From: Nitrospirota bacterium
Lineage (GTDB): Bacteria; Nitrospirota; Thermodesulfovibrionia; Thermodesulfovibrionales; UBA9159
DNA length: 39,059 nucleotides
Assembly: GCA_037442785.1 (NCBI GenBank)
Contig: JBBIPQ010000005.1
Location: 1 to 39,059 of the forward strand
Direction of reading: 5' to 3'
Both the position numbers and the translations under genes were made by a program. Positions 20,994-29,442 of this stretch are shown here, piece by piece (positions within the stretch are counted from its first letter, which is position 1; the number at the start of each line of letters is the position of its first letter). Under the pieces are notes generated by a model that was given only the letters and a program-made list of their open reading frames with translations, was not told where the DNA came from and searched no databases.

Positions 20994-22098
20994 CCCTTAT
21001 CAACCTTTTAGTAGCAGTAATCACCTCCTCCACTGTTATCTGTTCCATACAAACCGGGATCAAGCAAGCCTTGCCTGTACAGGGTTTACATATAATGGGC
21101 TTCTTTATTATAACTGCATCCTTAAAATTATAAGGTCCACAGAGTTCTGGATCTGTAGGACAAAAAAGTGCTACCGTTGGTATGCCAAGGGCAAAGGCCA
21201 TATGCATAGGTCCTGTATCATTGGTTATAAAGAGACTCATCCTTTCAATAATAGCTGCAGTTTCTCTCAAACTGGTTTTGCCCGCAATAGAAACTGCGCC
21301 ATTGATCTGCGAGGCAATATATTCGCAGAGACCTCTTTCAGCCTTACTGCCAGTAACAACTATCCTGCAATCAGTATCTTTTACAAGCCTTTTACCTGTT
21401 TCCACAAACCTCTCAGCAGGCCAGCATTTATAGGGCTTCTGAGCACCTGGATGAAGACCTATGATCAAGGTACTCCTATCAAACCCTGTTATGTTTTTAA
21501 GTAGATCAAAGGCCCGTCTCCTTTCCTCCTCTGAAAGATACAGGGTAGGTTTAAGGGTATTATCAAAAGATACTCCGGCCTCCCTTACCAGCCTTAATCT
21601 CATCTCTGCCCCATGAATAGCTTCCTGTTTAATTGTTTTTGTAAGAATGAAATCGAGACCCTTGTTTTGACCGATTATGCCCATGATCTGTGGCGTACCA
21701 GTAAAAAAGACCAGCGGCCATATTATCCTGTCAGAGGCATGGAATATAAAAGCTATATCGGGCCTCTCCCGCATGAGTTTCTTTAGCAGTTTCCATAATA
21801 GAAAGACCCTTAAACCCCTCTTGAAGATAAAGACCCTATCAATCCAGGGATTTCCCTTTAAGAGTTCAGCACCCAGGGATGTCGTAAGAACGCTAATATA
21901 ACAGTCAGGATATGTCTCCTTAATCGCCCTTATTGCTGGCGTTCCCCATAGGGTATCCCCTATCCCTGTTGTGCTCACAATAAGAAATCGAGAAGGCTTA
22001 GCACCTGGATCCTTCTCCTTTGGAAATCCGGATTTCCTTGCAAAGTTTATAATCGCCCTGATCGCACTATTCTTTAACTCTTTAACAGATGTCGTCAT
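20974..22098 (-). CDS. GT9 LPS heptosyltransferase (WaaF/WaaQ-like)
   Basis: GIGDTLWGTPAI, LHPGA..KCWPAERF, AGKTSLRE, TNDTGPMHMAFA. Confidence 0.92.
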   Translation of the reverse strand: MTTSVKELKNSAIRAIINFARKSGFPKEKDPGAKPSRFLIVSTTGIGDTLWGTPAIRAIKETYPDCYISVLTTSLGAELLKGNPWIDRVFIFKRGLRVFLLWKLLKKLMRERPDIAFIFHASDRIIWPLVFFTGTPQIMGIIGQNKGLDFILTKTIKQEAIHGAEMRLRLVREAGVSFDNTLKPTLYLSEEERRRAFDLLKNITGFDRSTLIIGLHPGAQKPYKCWPAERFVETGKRLVKDTDCRIVVTGSKAERGLCEYIASQINGAVSIAGKTSLRETAAIIERMSLFITNDTGPMHMAFALGIPTVALFCPTDPELCGPYNFKDAVIIKKPIICKPCTGKACLIPVCMEQITVEEVITATKRLIRDEGGKD

Positions 22099-23174
22099 GA
22101 ACAGAGCCTTTTATAGAGATCCTCGATCTTATCAAGCATACCCTCAAAGGAATATGACCTCTCTAAAAGCCGCCTTCCCTCCTTTCCAAAGACCTTTCCA
22201 AGCTCAGGTTTTCTATAAAGGGTGATCACCTTTGCCGCAATCTCGTGAGGATCCCTCGGAGGAATGAGGAATCCGGTTTTACCGTCTATTATTGCCTCCT
22301 TTATCGCTCCGGTATTCGCAGCAATAACCGGCCTTTCCATAGCCAGGGCTTGTAGTACTGATTGGGGGACCCCCTCATTTGCATAAGATGGATGCACAAC
22401 AACATCAAGCGAAGCAAGTATCTCAGGAATATCCTCTCTATGTCCAAGTAAAAAGACCTTATCGTTAAGAGACAATAGATCAATTGATCTTTTTATGTTT
22501 TCATACTGTGGACCATCTCCTACTATATAAAAAACCGCCTCAGGTATAAATTTGATAATCTCAGGGATTGCCTCAATTAAGTAACCATGTCCCTTCCAGC
22601 TTCGCAACACCCCAATCATCCCTATAGAGAACCCCCTTGACTGAAATACGGGACTGACCCTCAAGGGAGAAAATTGTTCTATATCAATCCCGGTTGGTAT
22701 GGAAAATATCTTTGAGGCCTTAAATCCATTGTCATCTATCATCTTTTGACGAATTTCCTCTCCCGTGGTGATTATAGCATCGGGCAAAAGATCATAAACA
22801 ATTCTGTTTAATGAAGTCTTCCCTATTGGTGTGGACAGATGCCTCGTCCTTATTATTCTTATCCTTGGTCTAAGAAGCCTTGCAGCTAATATTGAAACCC
22901 AGCTATCAGAGGAACTGTGAGTATTCAGTATATTGACACCCTGATCCCTTATCACTGAAGACAGCCTCAGGAAGGAATAGGGATTCCATTTTTTAAAATC
23001 ACAGGGGAAGACCGTAATACCTGATACTTTAGCCCTGCTGAATATATTACTTTCCTCAGGAGCTGCAATCATGACCCTGTAACCACGTCTTATCATGCCC
23101 AGGGACTCCCTGAGTATCCTGATCTCCTGTCCTCCCCATCCAGTAGATGATTCTGTGTGAAGTATGGTTAACAT
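22095..23174 (-). CDS. GT4 glycosyltransferase (LPS core)
   Basis: ILHTESSTGWGGQE, THSSSD, WKGH, EGVPQSVLQALA. ATG at 23174 is preferred over 23198. Confidence 0.92.
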   Translation of the reverse strand: MLTILHTESSTGWGGQEIRILRESLGMIRRGYRVMIAAPEESNIFSRAKVSGITVFPCDFKKWNPYSFLRLSSVIRDQGVNILNTHSSSDSWVSILAARLLRPRIRIIRTRHLSTPIGKTSLNRIVYDLLPDAIITTGEEIRQKMIDDNGFKASKIFSIPTGIDIEQFSPLRVSPVFQSRGFSIGMIGVLRSWKGHGYLIEAIPEIIKFIPEAVFYIVGDGPQYENIKRSIDLLSLNDKVFLLGHREDIPEILASLDVVVHPSYANEGVPQSVLQALAMERPVIAANTGAIKEAIIDGKTGFLIPPRDPHEIAAKVITLYRKPELGKVFGKEGRRLLERSYSFEGMLDKIEDLYKRLCS

Positions 23175-23410
23175 AAGCTCAATTATCCAATGAGTCAAAA
23201 AGACTCGCTGGAATTTTCAAATAAACTTGCAGGAATTTTATCCTGTATCTTGATAGTATAACAAAAGTGCGGAAGTGCTTTTCTCCCTTCCGAGCAATTA
23301 TGATATATTAAATTATAATAGTATGGTCACTGCTGTCCAAAATAAAGTGAGGGAGTTATTTTAAATGGGCATAATACCTCAAAAACACAAAAGAAAGCGA
23401 CAGGATTTAT

Positions 23411-23450
23411 TAGTCCATAGTCCACAGTCCATGGCCCATGGTCTATGGAC
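23411..23450. repeat. Heptamer tandem array forming an imperfect palindrome
   Basis: tagtcca tagtcca cagtcca tggccca tggtcta tggac; gtccatag(23413-20) pairs with ctatggac(23443-50). Confidence 0.7.
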
Positions 23451-23602
23451 GGGTTTTTCCGGTCTCATGTCCATTTAACATTTATCTTGGTCAGATGCGT
23501 AGTATGGTAGACAAAAGATACATAAATTAGTCTGAAAAGGACAGGGAACACAAAAAAGAGGTAGAATATTACTTCTGGATACATAGTGCCTTCAGGAAGT
23601 AT

Positions 23603-24013
23603 GTGGAGGTGATACTCGACTTTATACTGATTGGCCTTGTTATAGTCTCGTTTATTCTTATCGGAAAGACAATATACCTTCTTGGTATGAGCATATATGA
23701 GACAACAAATATATCCTTTATTATTTCTGAGATAATGTTTATATTTATACTCATCGAGACTGTAAGACTCCTGATAATGTATCTTGAATATCACAGGGTA
23801 GCGGTTGATACAATGGTTGAAATTGCGATAGTATCAATACTCAGGGAATTGATCCTTAAGGGTATACTCCATGTGGAACCAATAGTGCTCGCTTCAGCAA
23901 GTCTATTTATTGTGGTTCTTGGCTTATTACTGAGATTCGGCGGTTTAAGGCAGGAAAGGGAGGTATTTAGCGTTTACAGGCCATTTTTAGTACGGCAGAA
24001 AAGAAAACAATAA
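23603..24013 (+). CDS. Phosphate-starvation-inducible PsiE-family membrane protein
   Basis: 4 TM segments, FIFILIETVRLL..YL..HRV, IAIVSILRELIL; start uncertain. Confidence 0.8.
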   Translation: MEVILDFILIGLVIVSFILIGKTIYLLGMSIYETTNISFIISEIMFIFILIETVRLLIMYLEYHRVAVDTMVEIAIVSILRELILKGILHVEPIVLASASLFIVVLGLLLRFGGLRQEREVFSVYRPFLVRQKRKQ

Positions 24014-24032
24014 AAAATTAAGGAGGATAAGG

Positions 24033-25496
24033 ATGAATAAAAACAAAAAGATTCTTGCTGCTTTAGCCTTTGTGATGGTAGGGATTATTATAGGACTGGG
24101 TATATCCTCTAACCTGAACCTTCACACAAAGGCATATACAGAAGAGCCAAAGATTTCAAAGGAATCTATCGAGATCCTTTCAAAGGCAGGGCAGGCAATG
24201 GCAGAGGTTGTTGCTGCTACAAAGCCTGCTGTGGTGAATATATCCACAACAAGGACGATTAAGACACCGGGGATTCCTTCTCCCTTTTTTGATGATCCCT
24301 TTTTCAGGAGGTTCTTTGACGATGAGTTTGGACACCTCAGAAAACCCAGAGAGCACAAACAGGCGAGTCTTGGCTCAGGGGTTATCGTTGACAGAGAAGG
24401 CTATATACTGACAAACAATCACGTTATAAAGGATGCTGACGAGATAAAGGTTAAGCTTTCTGACAAAAGGGAATTCACAGGAAGGGTTATCGGGACGGAT
24501 CCGAAGACAGACCTTGCAGTTATCAAGATCAACTCAGACAACCTCCCTGTTATTAAATGGGGGGATTCTGACAGGTTGAAGGTTGGAGAGACTGTAATAG
24601 CCATAGGTAATCCCTTTGGCCTAAATCAGACCGTGACATCAGGTATTGTTAGTGCTACAGGGAGGGCTAATGTCGGGATAGCCGATTACGAGGATTTTAT
24701 TCAGACCGATGCAGCCATCAATCCTGGGAATTCTGGAGGTGCCCTTGTAAATGTTAGAGGTGAGTTAGTCGGGATAAATACAGCCATATTCAGCACCTCA
24801 GGAGGATATCAGGGGATAGGATTTGCCATACCAAGCAACATGGCAAGGGTCGTGATGGAGAATCTGATAAAGAAAGGTAAGGTTGTAAGGGGTTGGCTTG
24901 GCATTGTTATTCAGCCTGTGACCCCTGAACTTGCAAAACAGTTCGGACTTAAAGAAGAAAAAGGCGTGCTTGTTGGAGACGTTGTTGAGGATAGCCCTGC
25001 TGAAAAGGCTGGGATACAGAGGGGAGATGTGATAATTGAGTACGAAGGAAAAGAGGTCTCTGAGCCTGCTGCTTTAAGGAATATGGTTGCAAACACACAG
25101 CCTGGCAAAGAGGTTAACATTAAGATCCTCAGGGAGGGTAAGGAAAAGACCCTTCATGTAACTATTGCGGAGTTACCAGCAGAGATGCAAAAGGTGCCAG
25201 GAAGAGCAGATAATCTCCTTAAGGGGGTCATAGTTCAGAACATAACTCCTGATATGAGAAAAGAACTAAATATCCCAAGACGCATTACAGGTGTAATAAT
25301 CAGTGACATAGAGGAAGGTAGCCCTGCTGAAGGGGTGCTTTCAAGTCATGACATTATTATGGAGATAAACAGGAAGAAGGTTAACAATGTTAAAGACTTT
25401 GAGAACGTAGTCTCAAGGATAAAACCTGAACAAGACATTTTGCTGCTAATTTTCAGAAATGGCTCAACCCTTTATGTAACACTCACAGCAAGGTAA
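24033..25496 (+). CDS. degP: DegP/DegQ (Do) periplasmic serine endoprotease with two PDZ domains
   Basis: SLGSGVIV, TNNHV, TDLAV, QTDAAINPGNSGG and two PDZ domains; AGGAGG SD. Confidence 0.95.
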   Translation: MNKNKKILAALAFVMVGIIIGLGISSNLNLHTKAYTEEPKISKESIEILSKAGQAMAEVVAATKPAVVNISTTRTIKTPGIPSPFFDDPFFRRFFDDEFGHLRKPREHKQASLGSGVIVDREGYILTNNHVIKDADEIKVKLSDKREFTGRVIGTDPKTDLAVIKINSDNLPVIKWGDSDRLKVGETVIAIGNPFGLNQTVTSGIVSATGRANVGIADYEDFIQTDAAINPGNSGGALVNVRGELVGINTAIFSTSGGYQGIGFAIPSNMARVVMENLIKKGKVVRGWLGIVIQPVTPELAKQFGLKEEKGVLVGDVVEDSPAEKAGIQRGDVIIEYEGKEVSEPAALRNMVANTQPGKEVNIKILREGKEKTLHVTIAELPAEMQKVPGRADNLLKGVIVQNITPDMRKELNIPRRITGVIISDIEEGSPAEGVLSSHDIIMEINRKKVNNVKDFENVVSRIKPEQDILLLIFRNGSTLYVTLTAR

Positions 25497-25521
25497 GAGG
25501 AAACAGGTCAGAGATTATTAT

Positions 25522-25556
25522 AGGTTGCAGCGAGTCCATTAGACTCTCTGCAACCT
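25522..25556. terminator. Hairpin between convergent genes (probable terminator)
   Basis: aggttgcag-c-gagtc catta gactc-t-ctgcaacct. Confidence 0.65.
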
Positions 25557-25560
25557 TAAA

Positions 25561-26490
25561 TTAGGGTCTTGAGTGCTGCCTGAGATAAAAAATAAGACCT
25601 GGAAGACTGCCCATTGCGAATGAAAGAAACCATGCAAGGGATATTGTTATTGCCTGGGCAGGGTTAACACCAAGAGGGGCAAGAAACAGGACAAAGGATG
25701 CCTCTCTCACCCCGATACCTGAGATTGAAACAGGAATACTTGATATAACGGATATGATGGGAATGATAATGAAGAGGAAACGGAAGGGAACGCCAATCCC
25801 CAGACCTCTGCTGATAATATAGGCAGAACAGATAATTATCGTCTGAATGAGGAGAGATAAAAGGATTCCCCTTAGGATTATCCCCTTTGACTCTTTATAA
25901 TACCTAAGGTACTCATAAAAACCTGACATAAATCTCAGCCTTTTGCCGAGTCTAAATACAAACAAGATAGCACTACCCGCAACAAAGGCGACTATGATAA
26001 CAGGGAGTATCCATTCAATGTAGGATCCTCTGATAAGTTTTGCTCCGAAGGGATAGGCAATTATGGCGATTATAAGCAGAGAGACAAAGCCAATATACCT
26101 GTCCATGAATACAGAAGCCACTGCTATACTGAGTCCAGGCATTGAGAAGTTGCTGGATTCGTGCTTCAGTTCCTTGCCAAGGTAATAAGCCTTGACAGCA
26201 TCTCCTCCTATGATGCCAGGCATGAGGTTATTAAAGAAAGAACCCACCATATAAAGAGAAAAGAGTCTTTTCAACCCAATCCCATTCAGGAGGAGCAAAT
26301 TCCATCTTATAGAGGAGATAAAGATGGAGAATGCATAAAGTAATGCTGACGAGAGAAATGAAATGAGGCTTATCCCCTTCACTGTCTGAAGCAACCTTTC
26401 GGTCCCTGTCTTTGATATGAGGATAAACAGGAGTATGGAACTTACAGCAATCTTAATTAAAAGGCTTATTATCCTATTTTGAGGGGCCAA
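25561..26490 (-). CDS. Lysylphosphatidylglycerol-synthase-TM (UPF0104) flippase-like membrane protein
   Basis: SIRW, FFNNLMPGIIGGDAVK, MDR, PVSISGIGVRE. Confidence 0.88.
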   Translation of the reverse strand: MAPQNRIISLLIKIAVSSILLFILISKTGTERLLQTVKGISLISFLSSALLYAFSIFISSIRWNLLLLNGIGLKRLFSLYMVGSFFNNLMPGIIGGDAVKAYYLGKELKHESSNFSMPGLSIAVASVFMDRYIGFVSLLIIAIIAYPFGAKLIRGSYIEWILPVIIVAFVAGSAILFVFRLGKRLRFMSGFYEYLRYYKESKGIILRGILLSLLIQTIIICSAYIISRGLGIGVPFRFLFIIIPIISVISSIPVSISGIGVREASFVLFLAPLGVNPAQAITISLAWFLSFAMGSLPGLIFYLRQHSRP

Positions 26491-27421
26491 GAACCTTTTT
26501 CAGTACATATATTGGTTTTCGCTGAGTCTCATGATAGACCCTTACGATCATCTCTCCAAGGAGACCCATCCCTATAAACTGGATACCCACAATAACAAGA
26601 AGTGCACCGAGCAAAAGGAGTGGTCTTCCACCGATGGGTTTACCCAGGAATATCTTCTCTATACTGAGGTAAAGGAGGATAAGAAAACCAAGAAATCCTC
26701 CAGCCATGCCAAAGGAGCCGAAGAACTGGAGGGGTTTGGTTGAAAAGCTCTGAAGAAACTTAACGGTTATCAGATCTAAAACAACCTTAATTGTCCTGGT
26801 TATACCATACTTTGATTTACCTCTGAGCCTTGGATGATGGGTGGTCTCTACCTCAGCAACCCTTACACCGTACCAGCTCGCTACAGCAGGGATAAATCTA
26901 TGCATCTCTCCATAAAGCCTGAGGTTTTTTATCACATCCCTTCTGTATGCCTTCAGGGAGCATCCATAATCATGGAGTTTTACACCTGTAACCTTGCTTA
27001 TCAGCCAGTTAGCTATCATTGAAGGGAGCCTCCTCGAAAAAAAGGGGTCCTGTCTCTTCTTTCTCCAGCCACTGACAAGGTCATTTGTCTTTATAAGTTC
27101 AAGAAGTTTGGGAATATCATTAGGGTCATTCTGAAGGTCCCCGTCCATTGTAACAACAATATCACCCCTCGCAAAGTCAAAGCCTGCTGCAAAGGCAGCG
27201 GTCTGGCCAAAATTTCTCCTGAAGCTGAGGATCATCACCGCTGGATCTCCTGCCTGTATCTCCTCAAGTATGGAGAGGGTATTATCGGTACTACCATCGT
27301 CAACATAGATTATCTCATACTCCATGCCAAGCCTATCAAGCACTGTCTTCAATCTCTCATGAAGGTCCTTTACATTTTCTTGTTCATTATAAAGTGGTAT
27401 TACTACAGAAAGACTCATCAA
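26474..27421 (-). CDS. GT2 polyprenol-phosphate glycosyltransferase (ArnC/GtrB-like)
   Basis: SVVIPLYNE, VDDGSTD, RNFGQTAA, MDGDLQNDP, DYGCSLKAYRR, YGEMHRFIP and two C-terminal TM segments. Confidence 0.93.
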   Translation of the reverse strand: MMSLSVVIPLYNEQENVKDLHERLKTVLDRLGMEYEIIYVDDGSTDNTLSILEEIQAGDPAVMILSFRRNFGQTAAFAAGFDFARGDIVVTMDGDLQNDPNDIPKLLELIKTNDLVSGWRKKRQDPFFSRRLPSMIANWLISKVTGVKLHDYGCSLKAYRRDVIKNLRLYGEMHRFIPAVASWYGVRVAEVETTHHPRLRGKSKYGITRTIKVVLDLITVKFLQSFSTKPLQFFGSFGMAGGFLGFLILLYLSIEKIFLGKPIGGRPLLLLGALLVIVGIQFIGMGLLGEMIVRVYHETQRKPIYVLKKVLGPSK

Positions 27422-29424
27422 TAGCTCCTTATCCCTTCCTCCCTTATACCCTTAAAGTCATAACAGGAAAATATGGAATAGTCCCTTATAAGCTTGCCTC
27501 TATCCATGGCCTCAAAGAACCTGACATCACATCTTTCAAAGCCTTCCCTGAGCCTTGCAGGGACCTCGATCCTGCCTATTGTAACAAAAATGGCATCATA
27601 ATGCATAAGGTTATTGAATCCTGACCAGAGATCATACTGATTCATCCTTCTTCCAAGGTTGATGCAGTAGGTAACAGGATTTCCCTTTACATAAAAGGCA
27701 AGTTCGCTCGATACCTGGTACCTGTCAGAGAAGATAAAGACACCTGGCTGGTCAGGTTCATCCTTTTCCCCTTTTTTCATATCCTCATATATAAGACTTA
27801 CCTCTCTACCCAACTCCTTCCATCCCTTCAACCTCGAAGTGGGATCAAGTTTTACAGGAAGAAATCCTGGAGGATAATGGCTTATGGCTGTCAATAAAAA
27901 GGCTATGGTGACTCCTGCAATCGTAATCCTCTGCATTCTTTCTTTCTGGAAGAACAGAACAGAAAGGGCTATGATGCCTGTTATGTATCCTGGCATTGCC
28001 CAGTTTGCCTGAACCTTTCCGTGCAGGCTCTTAAGGACAAAGAAGGCTATCACAGGGAAGGAAAACCAGAAGAGAAAACTCCCCTTATCTCCACTCCTTC
28101 GCAACAGCCAGACAGCTATCAGGGACATGGCTAATAACAAAGGAGAAACGACCCCGAATTGGGAACCAATGAATTCAAAAAGGCTCTTAAGGGATAATCG
28201 CAGGCCTTCTCCAACATGGGCCTGACCTGCTGTATGGAGCAATGTTACCCAGCCATGCTGGGCATTCCAGACAACTACGGGAGAGAAGATAAATAAACTG
28301 AGTATAAGGGAAATATAAGGTCCTGGTCTTTTGAGGAGATCCCTTTGCTCCTTGACAATGAATAAAAAGGAGCATAGATAAAAGAATGCCATGGTGTATT
28401 TGGTAAGAAGTCCAAGGCCAATCGCAAGGCCTGTAGAAACCCAGTATTTTATAGATCCTTGATTTATCGCCCTCCAGAATAGATAAAGGGATAATATCCA
28501 GAAAAAGACAAATGGTGAATCGATAGTGAAGATAACCCCAAAGGCAGAATAAAGGGGTATAATCTGGAATAAGATTGCTGTAAAGGCACCAACCCTTTCA
28601 TCGTACAGCTCGCTTCCAATTTTATAGAGATAAATACTGCTCAAAACCGAAAATACCACAGCAAGAAACCTGACACCAAGGACATTGTCTCCGAATATGC
28701 CTGTTCCGAGGGTAATGAGATAGGCAATCATTGGGCCTTTCGAGTAGTAGCTGAGGTCGAGCCTCCTTGACCATTCCCAGTAATGGGCCTCATCCGGGCT
28801 CAGGTCAAGGGGTCCATGAAGGATATAGTATACCCTGAAGAGGCTTATGCATATGAGAAATACAGTCATTACCGAAAAATATGGCCTGACCCTTGACATA
28901 TAAGTAGCCCATTTGTAAAGGATAAGCACACCAATCGATGAGATCGCCCCTACTCCCGCACCAACAATAACATCGAATGGATAATGAACACCCACATATA
29001 CCCTTGAGAAACAGACAAGTAATGCAAGGAAAAGAAACAGATATTTTAAACGGTCCTTCGATAGAAAAAAGGGAATAACAAAGGCCAGGGCATTTGAAGC
29101 ATGATTTGATGGCATTGAAAAGGATCTTGAACAACCCACAAGGAGATGCACATTTTCAAGAACGTTGCATGGCCTTTCCCTGCCAATGAGATGTTTGAGG
29201 GTATTTGCTAAACCATCAGCAAAAAGGATCGAAAAAAAGGATAGGGCAATAATAATCATGGCTTCCTTTCTTTGTCTGAACAGAAACAAAAGCAGTAAAG
29301 GCAAGGCTATGAGATAGGCCTTTGCTGTAATAAAAGGCATAAGAACATCAAATATATTATTTTCCATTCCCCTGTTAATAAGAAAAAACAAGACTGTATC
29401 GAGTTGTCTTAACCATTCGGACAT
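27418..29424 (-). CDS. PAP2 phosphatase fused to an ArnT/GT39-like lipid-linked glycosyltransferase
   Basis: PAP2 motifs KHLIGRERP, SMPSNH and SRVYVGVHYPFD, then DEAHYWEWSRRLDLSYYSKGP and GLGLLTKYT in one ORF. ATG at 29424 is preferred over GTG at 29439. Confidence 0.88.
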   Translation of the reverse strand: MSEWLRQLDTVLFFLINRGMENNIFDVLMPFITAKAYLIALPLLLLFLFRQRKEAMIIIALSFFSILFADGLANTLKHLIGRERPCNVLENVHLLVGCSRSFSMPSNHASNALAFVIPFFLSKDRLKYLFLFLALLVCFSRVYVGVHYPFDVIVGAGVGAISSIGVLILYKWATYMSRVRPYFSVMTVFLICISLFRVYYILHGPLDLSPDEAHYWEWSRRLDLSYYSKGPMIAYLITLGTGIFGDNVLGVRFLAVVFSVLSSIYLYKIGSELYDERVGAFTAILFQIIPLYSAFGVIFTIDSPFVFFWILSLYLFWRAINQGSIKYWVSTGLAIGLGLLTKYTMAFFYLCSFLFIVKEQRDLLKRPGPYISLILSLFIFSPVVVWNAQHGWVTLLHTAGQAHVGEGLRLSLKSLFEFIGSQFGVVSPLLLAMSLIAVWLLRRSGDKGSFLFWFSFPVIAFFVLKSLHGKVQANWAMPGYITGIIALSVLFFQKERMQRITIAGVTIAFLLTAISHYPPGFLPVKLDPTSRLKGWKELGREVSLIYEDMKKGEKDEPDQPGVFIFSDRYQVSSELAFYVKGNPVTYCINLGRRMNQYDLWSGFNNLMHYDAIFVTIGRIEVPARLREGFERCDVRFFEAMDRGKLIRDYSIFSCYDFKGIREEGIRSY

Positions 29425-29442
29425 GCTATATAATATCACACC
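29425..29442. promoter_or_regulatory. Overlapping bidirectional -10 elements in an 18-bp divergent spacer
   Basis: Plus strand TATAAT at 29429-34; minus strand TGaTATTAT at 29438-30. Confidence 0.55.

Noticed and set aside
23411-23450. Possible CRISPR array
   Set aside because: The units are 7 nt with no spacers, and no cas genes are present.
23528-23530. Pyrrolysine decoding of the in-frame TAG
   Set aside because: No pyl genes are in the window, TAG is used as a normal stop nearby (rpmE, tusA), and the protein family has no such precedent that I know of.
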